A DNA stretch of 64,000 bases from Eledone cirrhosa (Eukaryota), in contig OZ024741.1 of NCBI GenBank assembly GCA_964016885.1, forward strand, positions 390,786,001-390,850,000. The letters are read 5' to 3'. Of this stretch, positions 1 through 11,529 are shown piece by piece. Every line of letters starts with the position of its first letter. Position 1 is the first letter of the stretch. Below the pieces are notes generated by a model that had not been told where the DNA came from, searched no databases, and saw nothing but the letters and a program-made list of their open reading frames with translations. Both the position numbers and the translations under genes were made by a program.

Positions 1-812
1 GAAATGGCCATGTTCGATATGCAGAAAAGGAACTGGCATAAATTCTATAAAATGCACACAATGCAGATCCTGGGTACACAAGAGATGTAGCGGGATAGCA
101 GGCAAACTAACAGGTAGGGAGAAATATGTATGCAGTAGATGTACAGGGAAATTAGACAGTAGAAGTCGCATTGATAGACACATTTTTCAAATGCAGGAGG
201 TCGCTATAGAAGTGGTGGATAGCTTCCGGTACCTAGGAGATCAGATTAGCATGGGAGGAGGGTGTTCCAAGGCCATAGTATCTAGAATAAGGACGGGTTG
301 GAAGAAGTTTAGGGAGCTGCATCCTCTGTTGACGAAGAAGGGTTTCTCTCTGCGTACGAAAGGCCGGTTGTATGATGCCTGTGTGAGGAGCGCGATGCTG
401 CATGGTAGTGAGACATGGGCAGCAACTGCAGAGGATATGCGACGGCTGGAGAGAAATGAGGCAAGCATGCTCCGTTGGATGTGCGTGAACGACCCAGCAT
501 AAATGTGTTGAGAGAGAAACTGTGTCTGAGAGGGATAGAATGTAGTGTACGGGAGAGGAGACTGAGGTGGTATGGACATGTGATGCGCATGGAGGATGAC
601 CGATGGGTGAAGAAGTGCCAGGAAATGCCAGTTGAAGGAAGACGTGGTAGAGGTAGACCACGAAAAACTTGGGCGGAGATGTGGAGAACAGACCTCAGAT
701 CATTGAAGCTCACGGTGGAGATGACGAAGGACCGTGACGAGTGGAGAGATGCTGTGCTGAATAAGACCCGTCCCACCCTTGCAAGCAGGGAAAAGCGGAC
801 GTATGATGATGA
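1..812 (+). mobile_element. RTE LINE family A, 3' part (runs off window start), frameshifted
   Basis: Near-identical to 31851-32680; VDSFRYLG...RLRWYGHV; (GAT)n tail. Confidence 0.92.
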
Positions 813-1408
813 CAAAGCATAAAGGAATTGAGAGAGAGACTGAGCATAAGAGGAATCAAATGCTGTGTGCAGGAGAGGCGGTTGCGTTGGTATGGACACG
901 TGATGCGTATGAAGGATGACAGCTGCATAAAAAGGTGCAGAGCACTAGAAGTCGATGGAAACCGCGGAGTGGGGAGACCCAAGATGACCTGGGATGAGGT
1001 GATAAAAGCCGACCTTACCCAATTACACCTCTCAAAGGCGATGACACACGACCGTGACCTCTGGTATCACGCAGTAATACAGAGTACCTGACCTCCCATG
1101 GGTATAAGCTGAAGCATATAGACAATATGCCCCCACACCCTCCCACTGCAAGGTGGTCGTGGAGGTGCCACGGCAAAAAAGCACCCAGCCCACACTGTAA
1201 AATGGACGTGTAGGCGTCACGAAAAAGCACCCAGCACTCACTGTAAATGAGGTTGGTGTTAGGAAGGGCATCCAGCTGTAGAAATCAAGCCAAATCAGTT
1301 CCTGTATGAGCAAGGCATGGTCAGCCGACCAGACACTGCCCACAACAGGACAACCCATCTAACCCATGCTAGCGTGGAAGAACGGACGTAAAACGGTGAT
1401 GATGATGA
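811..1408 (+). mobile_element. RTE LINE family C, 5'-truncated, joined directly to the family A tail
   Basis: Matches reverse complement of about 61806-62410; ends aacccatgctagcgtggaagaacggacgtaaaacggtgatgatgatga. Confidence 0.9.
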
Positions 1409-1409
1409 G

Positions 1410-1990
1410 TCCGTGTTTTTTGCCAGTCTGCCTGTTTTCCCACTACCTCTTGTGTACACACTGCATTTGGTGCACTGGGTAGAGTATCTAACCACCCCTT
1501 TCCTGCCTACTGGAGGGAATCAGGGCCATTTCCTGCAGGGTATCAGAGCTCTTGTTTCCTCTACTGCTAATAAGGATTTTGATCTTGGACAGGTTGGCTT
1601 TGAGGCCTTTTGTTTCCAAGTTGTGCCTCCATCTCTGAAATTTTTTCTCTAACTCTGCCATAGACTCAGCTATGAGGGTATGGTCGTCAGCGCATAATAA
1701 TTCCCACGAGCAACCAGTCTTAAATCTCTCCATTATAGCCTGTAGGATAATAATGAAGAGGAGGGGCTAAGGATGGAGCCCTGATGAACCCTCACCTGCA
1801 TGCTAAATTCCTCACTATTCATTGTTGATTTTAACTTTGCTGGTGGCCCCTTTGTATATGGCTTGTACTGCTTTCACGAGCCACTCATCCACACCTTGTT
1901 TTCTGAGAGCCCACTAATTACAAGTTGAGGCACTCTATGAATGCTAGGTAAGTGAGGTACTACTTCTGCATTTGTCTCACAAGTAAGAGG
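1410..1990 (-). mobile_element. Degenerate RTE RT fragment
   Basis: ERFKTGCSWELLCADD (decayed YADD) on minus strand. Confidence 0.8.
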
Positions 1991-2211
1991 GCATCAGTCT
2001 GCCCTGTAAAGTGGTTGTGTTGGTGACATGAAAAGCTCCTAGTCCACCGTGTGGTGATATGGAGACACAACAAACACACCAGGTCCACACTGTAAATGTC
2101 GTTGGCATCAGGAAGGGCATCCAGCCATAGAAACCAAGTCAAAAACACTTCTGTATGAGCAAGACACAGTCATCTGATCTGACTTGTCTCACAATGGGAC
2201 AACTCATTTAA

Positions 2212-3626
2212 CCCTTTAGCATTCACATTGAATTGTCAAATGTCATGTTCATCTATTCGCATTATTTTCACTTAATTATACTCAAGAGGGTTATCAATTT
2301 TATTTGTTTGTAATTACTTTAATTTTCTATGTGCAGACTTGAAATTTTGTCAGTAGATGTTTAAATAACTATAATTTACAATTATATATTTTTACCTGAT
2401 TTTTTTTTGTTAAATTTGACTTTATGGATAAACACAAAAATTTAAACTTTATCTGCCTTATCTGTTAGATGTGTTGCAAAAAAATCCAATAATGACCTAG
2501 ATGCTGATTTCCATCAATTCTAGCAGTTTTCTGAACAGGTGAATTAATTAAAAATGCAGGTGTAATCAGTACACGGTTTTAGTCTTTCTCTACATTCCAG
2601 GCAAATATTTTCATTGAAAAAAATGTATAAAACCTTTTCACCGGTCAAAATAATATTGGCAATGTACTCTGTAAATGTACGGTGTAAAATTACGTAATAG
2701 AAAGTTCCCAATATATAAGTTTATACACACTTTTAAATTTTTCTGACAATATTTCAATTAATGGTCGTACTTTGTACAGTGGGTCGTAATTTGATTCATT
2801 TCTACCAGGGGCATTTGAAGTATCAACCAGATGCAAATACTGGTTTAATTTAATGAATCTCGTTTTTGCCATAATACTAGATATATAAGGGTCACCAAAC
2901 CTTATATCAGTACTCCAATAATTCCACAGTCGTGGAAATTGTTTAATACCAAACATAATATTTATGGTAAAAAACGCTTTCATTTCGGCAGAATCTGTCG
3001 GACAACATAACAGATCGGGTTTTCCGATATTAGAAATTTGTTGTTGTGCATAGCGATTTGCCACAACTTCGAAGAAAGATTGTGGTAAAAATAAAAAATA
3101 ATAATCCAGTGCTTTAGCATCGGGTGGTAATGTGTGTTGTGGTCCAATATTTTCAGTAAAATCTGAAACATGTATCGATGTTGTTTCTTTCAACCACGTT
3201 GCTATTTTTTCAATGGTGTCAGTCAAATCTTCTCTTTCGCTTTCAAAGTAACTATCATCATTATCAGATATATCAGAAATAAATATATCTGATTCGTTTG
3301 AAGATAAATCACTGATATTATCTTCTGTTTCTTTTTGATCTCGAATGTCGTCGGACGTAAAACCTTCAAATTCGTTGTCGCTACTTTCGGAAGCCATGTT
3401 ACACTTTCAACGTTAAAAACACGTGTTATCGCAAGTTCTTTAACTATACTAAGAGTTAATTTTCGCGCGTAAGGGCTTTATCTCGCAGTAATCTCGAATT
3501 GACGAGATTTCGATGATGTCAATGTTTATTTTTAGAAGGAAATCTCCGTGTGGTATTAAATGTCGGTTTGAATAAACGAAAGGGGACATAATCTTGTCGG
3601 TTTTTGTCGCTTTGAATGCTAAAGGG
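2212..3626 (-). mobile_element. Internally deleted piggyBac DNA transposon
   Basis: TTAA duplications at 2208-2211 and 3627-3630; TIRs ccctttagcattca / tgaatgctaaaggg; interrupts a LINE/SINE 3' end (aactcatttaa|cccatgctagc). Confidence 0.92.
2690..3397 (-). pseudogene. N-terminal fragment of piggyBac (PGBD-like) transposase
   Basis: Acidic N-terminus, EMKAFF..NIMFG, NYWST, IMAKTRF, DPLYKVRPLI motifs; stops before the catalytic core. Confidence 0.88.
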
Positions 3627-3834
3627 TTAACCCATGCTAGCGTTGAAAAATGGATGTTAAACTGTGGTGGTGATGATTATCATTTTTACATTGACACTTT
3701 CATGCTGATGTGTTGAACAGGATTTTTTTAGGTAATGTTTTGCAGTCAGGTGCTTTTCCTGACACCAACCCTTTTAGTCACTTATGACATGCAAGGATAT
3801 GGTGTACCTATTCTAAACTGGATACACACAATCC

Positions 3835-4110
3835 TTATCATTTAATGTCTGCTTTCCCTGCTAGCAAGGGTTGGACACGTCTACATAGGCCAAGTTAGTA
3901 CTAAAGCAGGACTACTGACCTCCCAGACAAGCTGAGGGGTCTGCGTCCTTCTTACGTACGGTCTTATGTTCTAGCAAGTGCATAAACTGAAGAGTCCTCC
4001 CAACCTCTTGTTTGGAAAACCTTTTACAGCTGGATGCCTTTCCTAACACCAACCACTTTGCAGCATGTACTGGGTGATTTTATTGTGTATATAACCAGCA
4101 ATAGTGAGGT
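3835..4110 (-). mobile_element. Non-autonomous RTE-derived SINE-like element
   Basis: RTE 3' end plus ggtgttaggaaaggcatccagctgtaaaa motif; related copy at 38802-39210. Confidence 0.7.
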
Positions 4111-4199
4111 TGTCATGTATAGGTTCTACTGTAGTTCAAACTAAACATCAACAACAATGGTCTCACCAGTTTAGGAATGCTTTCAGTAGTTAGTGAAAT

Positions 4200-4515
4200 C
4201 CCAACTTTCTTTTATCTGAGTGAGAAACTGGGTTTAAGAGGAATCCAAAGTGGTGTGCAAGAGATAAGACTACATTAGTACAGACATGTGATACGCATGG
4301 ATGATGATCACTGGTTGAAGAAGTGCCAGGAAATCCCAGCAGTAGGAAACTGCAGTAGAGGTAGCTCAAGAAAAACCTGGACTGAGGTGGTGAAAGCTGA
4401 TCTCACATCACTGAGACACACGGAAGAGATGATGCAGGAACTTGACTAGTGCTGAGCTGAAAAGGACCTGTCCAACCCTTGCAAGCGTGGAAAAACGGAT
4501 GCAATTATGATGATG
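4200..4515 (+). mobile_element. Degenerate RTE 3' end (A-like)
   Basis: Similar to 32360-32680; (GAT)n tail. Confidence 0.75.
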
Positions 4516-4575
4516 AACTCCTCCTTCGTGTTATCTTCTCTCTAATTTTGTTTCTGTTTTCCTTTACTAATGCAG

Positions 4576-4678
4576 TTGGTCCATCCCTCTGATAATTCAC
4601 CATTGAAAGAACTGCAGAGATATTTGGGCATTCGGCTAGAAAAAAGGCAAAAATGCATTGAAATGGCCAGACAAAACT
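4576..4678 (+). CDS. KIF23: KIF23/MKLP1 (kinesin-6) internal exon, neck/stalk region
   Basis: Pyrimidine tract + cag acceptor, gtatgt donor; reads LVHPSDNSPLKELQRYLGIRLEKRQKCIEMARQN; 103 bp, ends phase 1 and joins next exon (T+GG=W). Confidence 0.8.
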
Positions 4679-4787
4679 GTATGTATTATCTGTTTCATCT
4701 GTATTTGATGTTTTCTATTCTACATTCTAATGGACACAGCATGACCCTGCATGGTATCTTGGGAAAGTGTCATTTACCATACCTGTG

Positions 4788-5460
4788 AAGGGGCATGGCC
4801 TAATGGTTAGGATGCTTGTCATATATCTTAACTATAAAAAAGGAGTGCGGGACTGCTTCCAGAATATATTTTTTTATCCCGTTTGTAAAATAAGTTGGAT
4901 TACTTTGAATAAATAATGAATGAATATTACATAATTTATCTACTAGATTTCGTGGCTGTTGATTAAATATATTTTATAGCTTATTTAAAGATTCACTTCT
5001 TTAAAATTGTCCAATGTCAACACTTCCGGTTAGCGGCAGTTATATTATAACACTTATAATCACATATATTTCTGTCGCTAATTTTCTCCTAATGCAATTT
5101 ATATATAATATCGTCTTTTTTTAAATGTATCATGGATTACGTTACTGATTACAGAAGACAGTGTAACGCAGTCTTCATTCAATTTCTGTGTATATTGTCA
5201 ATTACGATTTTATTTACATGCATATATATTTGTGTATAATATCAATATACACACTACACATGCTATCAGTTCAATTCCTGGGCTGGGTTGTGTGTTTTTG
5301 AGCAAAACGCTTTATGTTGCTCCAGTATACTGAGCTGAGAATGAGTACCCGCTGTAGCTGGGGAGTTAATCCTGTGATAGACCGGTGTCCGTCCAGGGAG
5401 AGTTTTGTACTCTGTCACTGAATGCCAAGAAAACTGGCCAAATGAGTCTTCAGCTTAGAC
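4788..5460 (+). mobile_element. tRNA-derived SINE interrupted by a ~430 bp AT-rich insertion
   Basis: A-box-like tggcctaatggttagg near 4796, B-box-like agttcaattcc near 5268. Confidence 0.55.
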
Positions 5461-6097
5461 TAGATTTTAACTAACTTGGGTCATAGTAAGAATGTTGTGA
5501 TGGTGGGCATATTGCTATTTTAGTTTTCACAACTTTTGCATTGTTTTCCAATTTGAATGATATATACAAGTGTATACTATAAATATTCACCATTAAATAT
5601 TTCTGTTTTTGTAACAATGATAAATCATCATCATATGAGGAAGATGAGATAGCGGACATATGTCAAACCATATACACATTGACATATGTCAAATCCAATA
5701 TGCACATTATGACTCATCACAGTGGTTTTTATAGAGTGATAGACAGCAAACATCCATTTTAAAGTCAATGGTTCATTCTGTCTTTTGGAATAATGTTAAT
5801 ATAATGCAACTTTGCCTTTCGTCCTTTCCAAGTCGATAAAAAAAGATTACCAGTCTAGTATTGGGGTCAATTCTTCCTCAATATCTCTTTCTCAGTTCCA
5901 TTCTCTCATTCTTTCTCTCTATCCTTCTTTGGAAGGAAACTGCTGTATTCAGAACTGGAGAAATGGGTCGACCAGGTTTAAAAATGCCCTAGAAATGCTG
6001 TTTGTCAATACAGCACCCCTACAACTCTCTCAGGAGTTATGGGTCCATACATATAAGTTCACAACATTCTTATTGTATAAAGGATTGACAGCATTAA

Positions 6098-6990
6098 TCT
6101 ATATATATAAAACTGTGGTTGTCTGTCTGTCTATCGATTTTTGGCACACATCTCCTCTTAGAATCTCTCACGGAATTGCACCGAAATTGCTATACTTGTA
6201 CATTGAGCCCTAGCGAAGACATCGGAAAAAAAATATTTCAAATTGACCCGCCCTATGTGACGAAATCGAATATAATGTATCGATTTTTGAGCGTAAGTGA
6301 TCAGTTATTTCCCTTTGTTCTGTTTACATTGAGCGTCTGCGTGCAAAAATTAAAAAAATTACGCTGGCTTTCTCAGCGTTTAAAATGACATTAACACAAT
6401 ACACGATTTAAAGACTACGTAAAACAAGCCTTTTAAAACAATATTTTTACTTGAAAACAAGTCTATTTAAAAACTACTTAAAACAAGCAAATATTTCGTA
6501 AAAAAAAGCAAAAATTATATAAGTTTATATAAAATATATGTATCTGTAAATTTCGTTAGGCGTGCAGACAGACAGTCGTGCAGAGAGGTGATATAGGCGT
6601 GCAGACAGACAGTCGTGCAGAGAGGTGTTATAGGCGTGCAGACAGACAGTCGTGCAGAGAGGTGATATAGGCGTGCAGACAGACATAACTGATAATTTGG
6701 TTACGCTAATGTTTTTCTCTGCGTTGCAGTGTTTACATTTTCGATCTTTGTTAATAAATAACCAGTGCAGTTTCTATCCCCAGCATCCTCTTTTGTTATA
6801 ACATTCGGGTTATCGTTATGTTTTCTTAACTTCATAAGGCATATTGTTGGTTGAGGGAATATTAATCAAAAACACCACATGCAAGTCTGCACAGTAGACA
6901 CTACAGTTTTTAAGCCAAGAAAGAAACTTAACATTGTAACTTTAACACAGCTACTGAGCGACCCCGAGCAACGCCGGGCTTTACTGCTAG
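6098..6990 (+). mobile_element. Non-autonomous Helitron
   Basis: 5' TC, 3' CTAG, inserted between A and T without TSD, subterminal hairpin cccg-agcaacgc-cggg; second copy at 48351-49318. Confidence 0.85.
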
Positions 6991-7253
6991 TATCATATAA
7001 TTCCATTCTTAGTTCTTAGCTTTGGTAGCTAAAATTATATTTTTTTATTATATGCATACATTTGTTCCAATGTAGATAAATTAAAATTTCAATGCAAGAA
7101 GATAGAAGTTTGTTTATCTAAAAAACAAAAGTGGTTAAAGGAAAAATAAAAATAAATAATTGTTGATGCTAACTATCATATTTTTTGGAACATAATATGC
7201 AACCTTATTTTGAAAAAAGTTTAGGAAAAACGTTGAAATTTAACTCTATTTAA

Positions 7254-7470
7254 CCCTTTAGTATTTACATTACTCTCAATATCCTATTATATTTTTGCGG
7301 TAAAGGCTTTACCTCATAATTATCTCACGTAATATTGAATCTGAGATTTTGATGTTATGTATTTTGAGAACAAAACCTTAACATAAGTATGAGCAGACAG
7401 TTACGACTGGCTTGAACAGAAAGAGGTCAGAGAATTCTGGCCAGATACGTCTGGTTTAAATGCTAAAGGG
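7254..7470. mobile_element. piggyBac-family MITE
   Basis: TTAA flanks; ccctttag...tgctaaaggg ends shared with 2212-3626. Confidence 0.85.
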
Positions 7471-9350
7471 TTAAACATGGCTGGTGTTTCATATATTATT
7501 GTATCTATAAAGTTAGCATATAGAGGTCAGGCAGATTTTGACATCAAATTTTGGAGTAAAAAGAAAGAGCATTTTATACAATAGAAAATATGCCAGGTCC
7601 AAGGTCACAGAAGCTACAGGCTGGAGCATTTGAACTTGATTTCAAAACAATTTGACTTACTCTGAAGAGTCTAGAAATGAGTGCTTTTGTGTGAAATTAC
7701 ACAGCTATATCAACTAAGAACATTAATGAAGAGATTGGATATTGGATTTATTTTCTAATTCCTCCAAATTTTTCAGAATCTTAATCTTCTCACTACCTTA
7801 TTTCTAATGAAAGAAGTTGCTCTGTTTTTTAAATAATTTTGAAAACAATTTGAAGGGATTTAGTAAAATAACTATAACAAAATACTGGGTTGTATAAGTA
7901 TAAACAGAGACGTGGTTTGTGTGTATAATATTTAATCAACAATTTGTGGTTATATAGAACAGTATAGTTGACATGTCAATGAATAGATGAAAGAATGAAG
8001 CAAAGTTATTAGTTACCGTTTGGTTGCCAGGCGAACGTGCCTGGCTGAAGGCCAGGAGCCGAAAAGGCAAATGAGAGATAGGGAGCTGAAAGTTATTCCC
8101 TTTATAGATGCTGGAACGGAAGTGACAGAAAGGGTTCTGCCACCAACGGGAAGTAACAACAACTACTTCGTGTTTAGAGAGCGTTAATCTATTGGTGATG
8201 TGAGTGTCACAACAAGGGAGGCAACTCCTGCTACATTATCTCCCGCCAGATTTTTAAAATATAAAAATCGATTGAAATATGTATGTAGTAAGTTGGCGAG
8301 AATGTTGTAACAGGCATGAAAATTACGAAAAAACTAATGTTTGCAATAAAAGGAAAACAGCAAAATGATTGCATGCAAAAATGAATGATAGATATCAAGG
8401 TAGCCAACCGCTCTTGGCCAGAGAACGACTGGACATCTATTATTCCGTCACTGAAAGATACAATGTAATGAAAGTAAAAGAAGAGGTCAAAGTTCAAATG
8501 TTCAAAATACAGTTCACATGTGTGCAATCACATGACAGCAGGAAAGAAAGTGTGTTCCAGAGAATAAATGCAGGTGGTTTCTGGTCTGTGGTATAACGTG
8601 AAATTTCCAACCTCCGAAGGGAAATTCTGACAGGAAGAGTGCTGCAAAAATAAATTCTCTGGCTTGTTCTGCTGGTTTTGGTTGTTGATGAAGCTGTGTT
8701 GCTGTTGATGTTGTCTCGCGGAGTGAGCGTATTCGATGTTTAAATTCACAGTAAAAATTTTTCCAGAAAAAAATGAGTTGCGCAAAGTGCTAGAAATAAC
8801 AGCCGAAGTTGATGGTCTTTGTTGAGAATGCGTTGACCTGGAAGGGTCAAGAGGCCAGCGACCAAAGAAATAAGCATTCTGAATAAATGCGCAGTTTTCA
8901 ACGACAAATTTACGTGGTCAATTTTTAAACCGGCAAATAGGAGAATATAGCTTAAGGCTGGAGAATCCTTGGCGAGAAACGCTATCTCTGGCGTGTGGTT
9001 ATCTCCGTGAGTCGAGAATTGTGCAGCCTACACGTGCCAAAACAAGGTTAAGTTGAAAAAAAAAAATTTCTATTGCGCGAGAAAATGGCGCAAAAATGAT
9101 AGTGCAACAGGTCGTTGGCAGCCATTTTGAAAAAATGTGTGTGTGAACGTGACAATATGATGAAAAAGAAAGAAACTCTTCACTTAGTATAACAAATATG
9201 GCGAGTTCAATTTTTTTGTGAACGATGAAAAAAAAACAATAGTTGAGATTCATCGAAAATAAATGTTCATGTTGAAATATGTAAAAAGAAAATCAAATTT
9301 CTTTTTTTTTTGTTTGTTTTTAAAGTGTTCGTTGTAAGAAGAAACGAAAA

Positions 9351-9353
<3 letters not shown>

Positions 9354-9427
<74 letters not shown>
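9354..9427. repeat. (TA)n microsatellite
   Basis: Perfect TA run. Confidence 0.97.
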
Positions 9428-9430
<3 letters not shown>

Positions 9431-9908
9431 TGAAATGTGACAGTTAGTTGATGCATGACAGAAAGAGTCTGTCTGAACGAGAATTTCACATGTGCGTGTG
9501 TTCGTTTCTGTGTCTGCGTATTTTCCTAGTTTGTTAATAAAATTTGCTGCGTATTCGTAATGTTGGTCGAAAGATTCCAACGAAAATGAGGTACTGCTAA
9601 TTAATTTTCTTGTTTCCATACACACACAACACCAGATTCTGTTATTTTTTCTTTTTTTTTTTCTTTTTACATATTGTCATGATGGAAAACTATTTTAGAT
9701 AAATATAAATATTTAAAAATAAACAGTTTTGTATCATAAAATCAGGAGCGGTCTTTGGTAGCTTGGCGATGGAATTACATAGAATATTAATTGAATTTTC
9801 TTTCTTCAATTTTAATCTTGGTTTTCTTAGTCAAATCTAACATGAAAAGGAAAGCCTAAAAATGAAATATTTTATATTGGAAAATTGCTTATTTTTAATT
9901 TATTATAG

Positions 9909-10105
9909 GGGATGATTTCCGTTCACTTTTGCTAAAAGTGGAAAAAGAGTATACCTTCATCCCAGTCCTTGAAAAGGAAGTGTATCGTCTCCGCAAAGAA
10001 AACTCCAATTTAAAGAAAGACAAACTGAATATCAACAAAGATGTGCAGGAACTTCAGCAAGAACTGAGAGCAACAACTTCAAAATTAGAAAGTACTGAAC
10101 GACAG
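9909..10105 (+). CDS. KIF23: KIF23 coiled-coil exon
   Basis: tag acceptor, gtaagt donor; DDFRSLLLKVEKEY...LESTERQ, heptad-like; phase 1 in, phase 0 out. Confidence 0.85.
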
Positions 10106-11079
10106 GTAAGTGCCATTTTACAAAGGAAATAAAATTCTTCAGTGTTTCATACTGTGATATAATGCACACAGTACACTCTGTAAAGTGGTAGTGTTGTTGC
10201 CATGATTAAATGCATCCAATACATTCTGTAAAGTGGTTGTTTTGGTACTATGATAAAATACACAATACATTCTGTTAAAGTAGTACTGTTGGTACTATAA
10301 TAAAATGCATCCAGCACTCTGTAAAGTGTTTGGTTTTGGGAAGAGTATTCATCTATAGAGGCTATGCCAAATATGGAATGTACAAGCAAGTTGAGGCCTC
10401 TAACACATCTAGTCTGATTGGGACAACCTATCCAACCTATGCTGATGATAATGTGAAGATTTATATTTTCATTTTCTTCCCATGAGATCTGTTGTCAATG
10501 ATACCCCATCAAAACTCATGAAGGTTTTAATCATTATAACCATAAAATAGTGAATAAGAAACCAGTTGTTTTTATCATTGAAAATAAAATAAAAATAAAT
10601 TGTAAAATCATTATTTACACAACTTTCACAATCACAATTTTTTTTCATATTTGAATTAGTCTTCTAGTCTGAGGATAACTCAATGTCTTGATGTACTGCT
10701 TCCTACAGCAGTAATTTACTAATCATGGTTCTTTCCTCACCTTTTGCCACAGAGGTTCTGCCCTTCCCCTTCTATCTCACCCACTTATTTCTGGGTGGGT
10801 TGTTGGGGCAGTCATCATCATCATCATCATCATTTAACGTCCATCTTCCACGCTTTGCATGGGTTTGCCTCAAAAACTCTTCCCAGTAGGTCCTGTCAGA
10901 AGCAACTGTCTCTAATTGCAGGTAGTTAGGACAAGGAATATTTCAATCTCACTTTGATATATTTAACCCTTTCATCATCATATTTCTGATGAAATACAGT
11001 TTATTTCAAATAATGAAGAATTTTGAAGGATTTACTAAAATTATTACTTAACTACTGATATAGTAACTTAACATATGGT

Positions 11080-11520
11080 TCATCATTACCATTTAATGTC
11101 CATTTTTTTCTACTCTAGCATGAGTTAGACAAGTTGTAATGTTGCGATACAAGTCAGATCAGATAAACATATCTTGCTCATACTGAACTGTTTTTGGCTT
11201 GGTTTCCACAGTTGGATGCCCTTCCTAATGTCAACCACATTTACAGTGCAGACTGGGTGCTTTTTGTTGTGTCACTGACATGACCACTTAACAGAGTGGA
11301 CTTGGTGTTTTTGTCATGTCAATTGACACAACTTCTTTACAGGGTGGATTGGGTGCTTTTTGTCTAGCATAACCACTTAATGGGATGGACTGGGTGATTT
11401 TTATTTTTTTTTATTTTTATTTTTATTTTAATTTTATTTTTATTTATTTATTTATTTATTTTTTCGTGTCTCATCAACATGACCACTTTACTGGGTGGGC
11501 TTGGTGTTCTTTCACCAGCA
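11080..11520 (-). mobile_element. RTE-type 3' UTR/SINE with several ~46 bp tandem units
   Basis: ggatgcccttcctaa motif followed by repeated gtggactgggtg...accactt units; similar at 15580-15940 and 38140-38515. Confidence 0.75.
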
Positions 11521-11529
11521 TGAGATATA

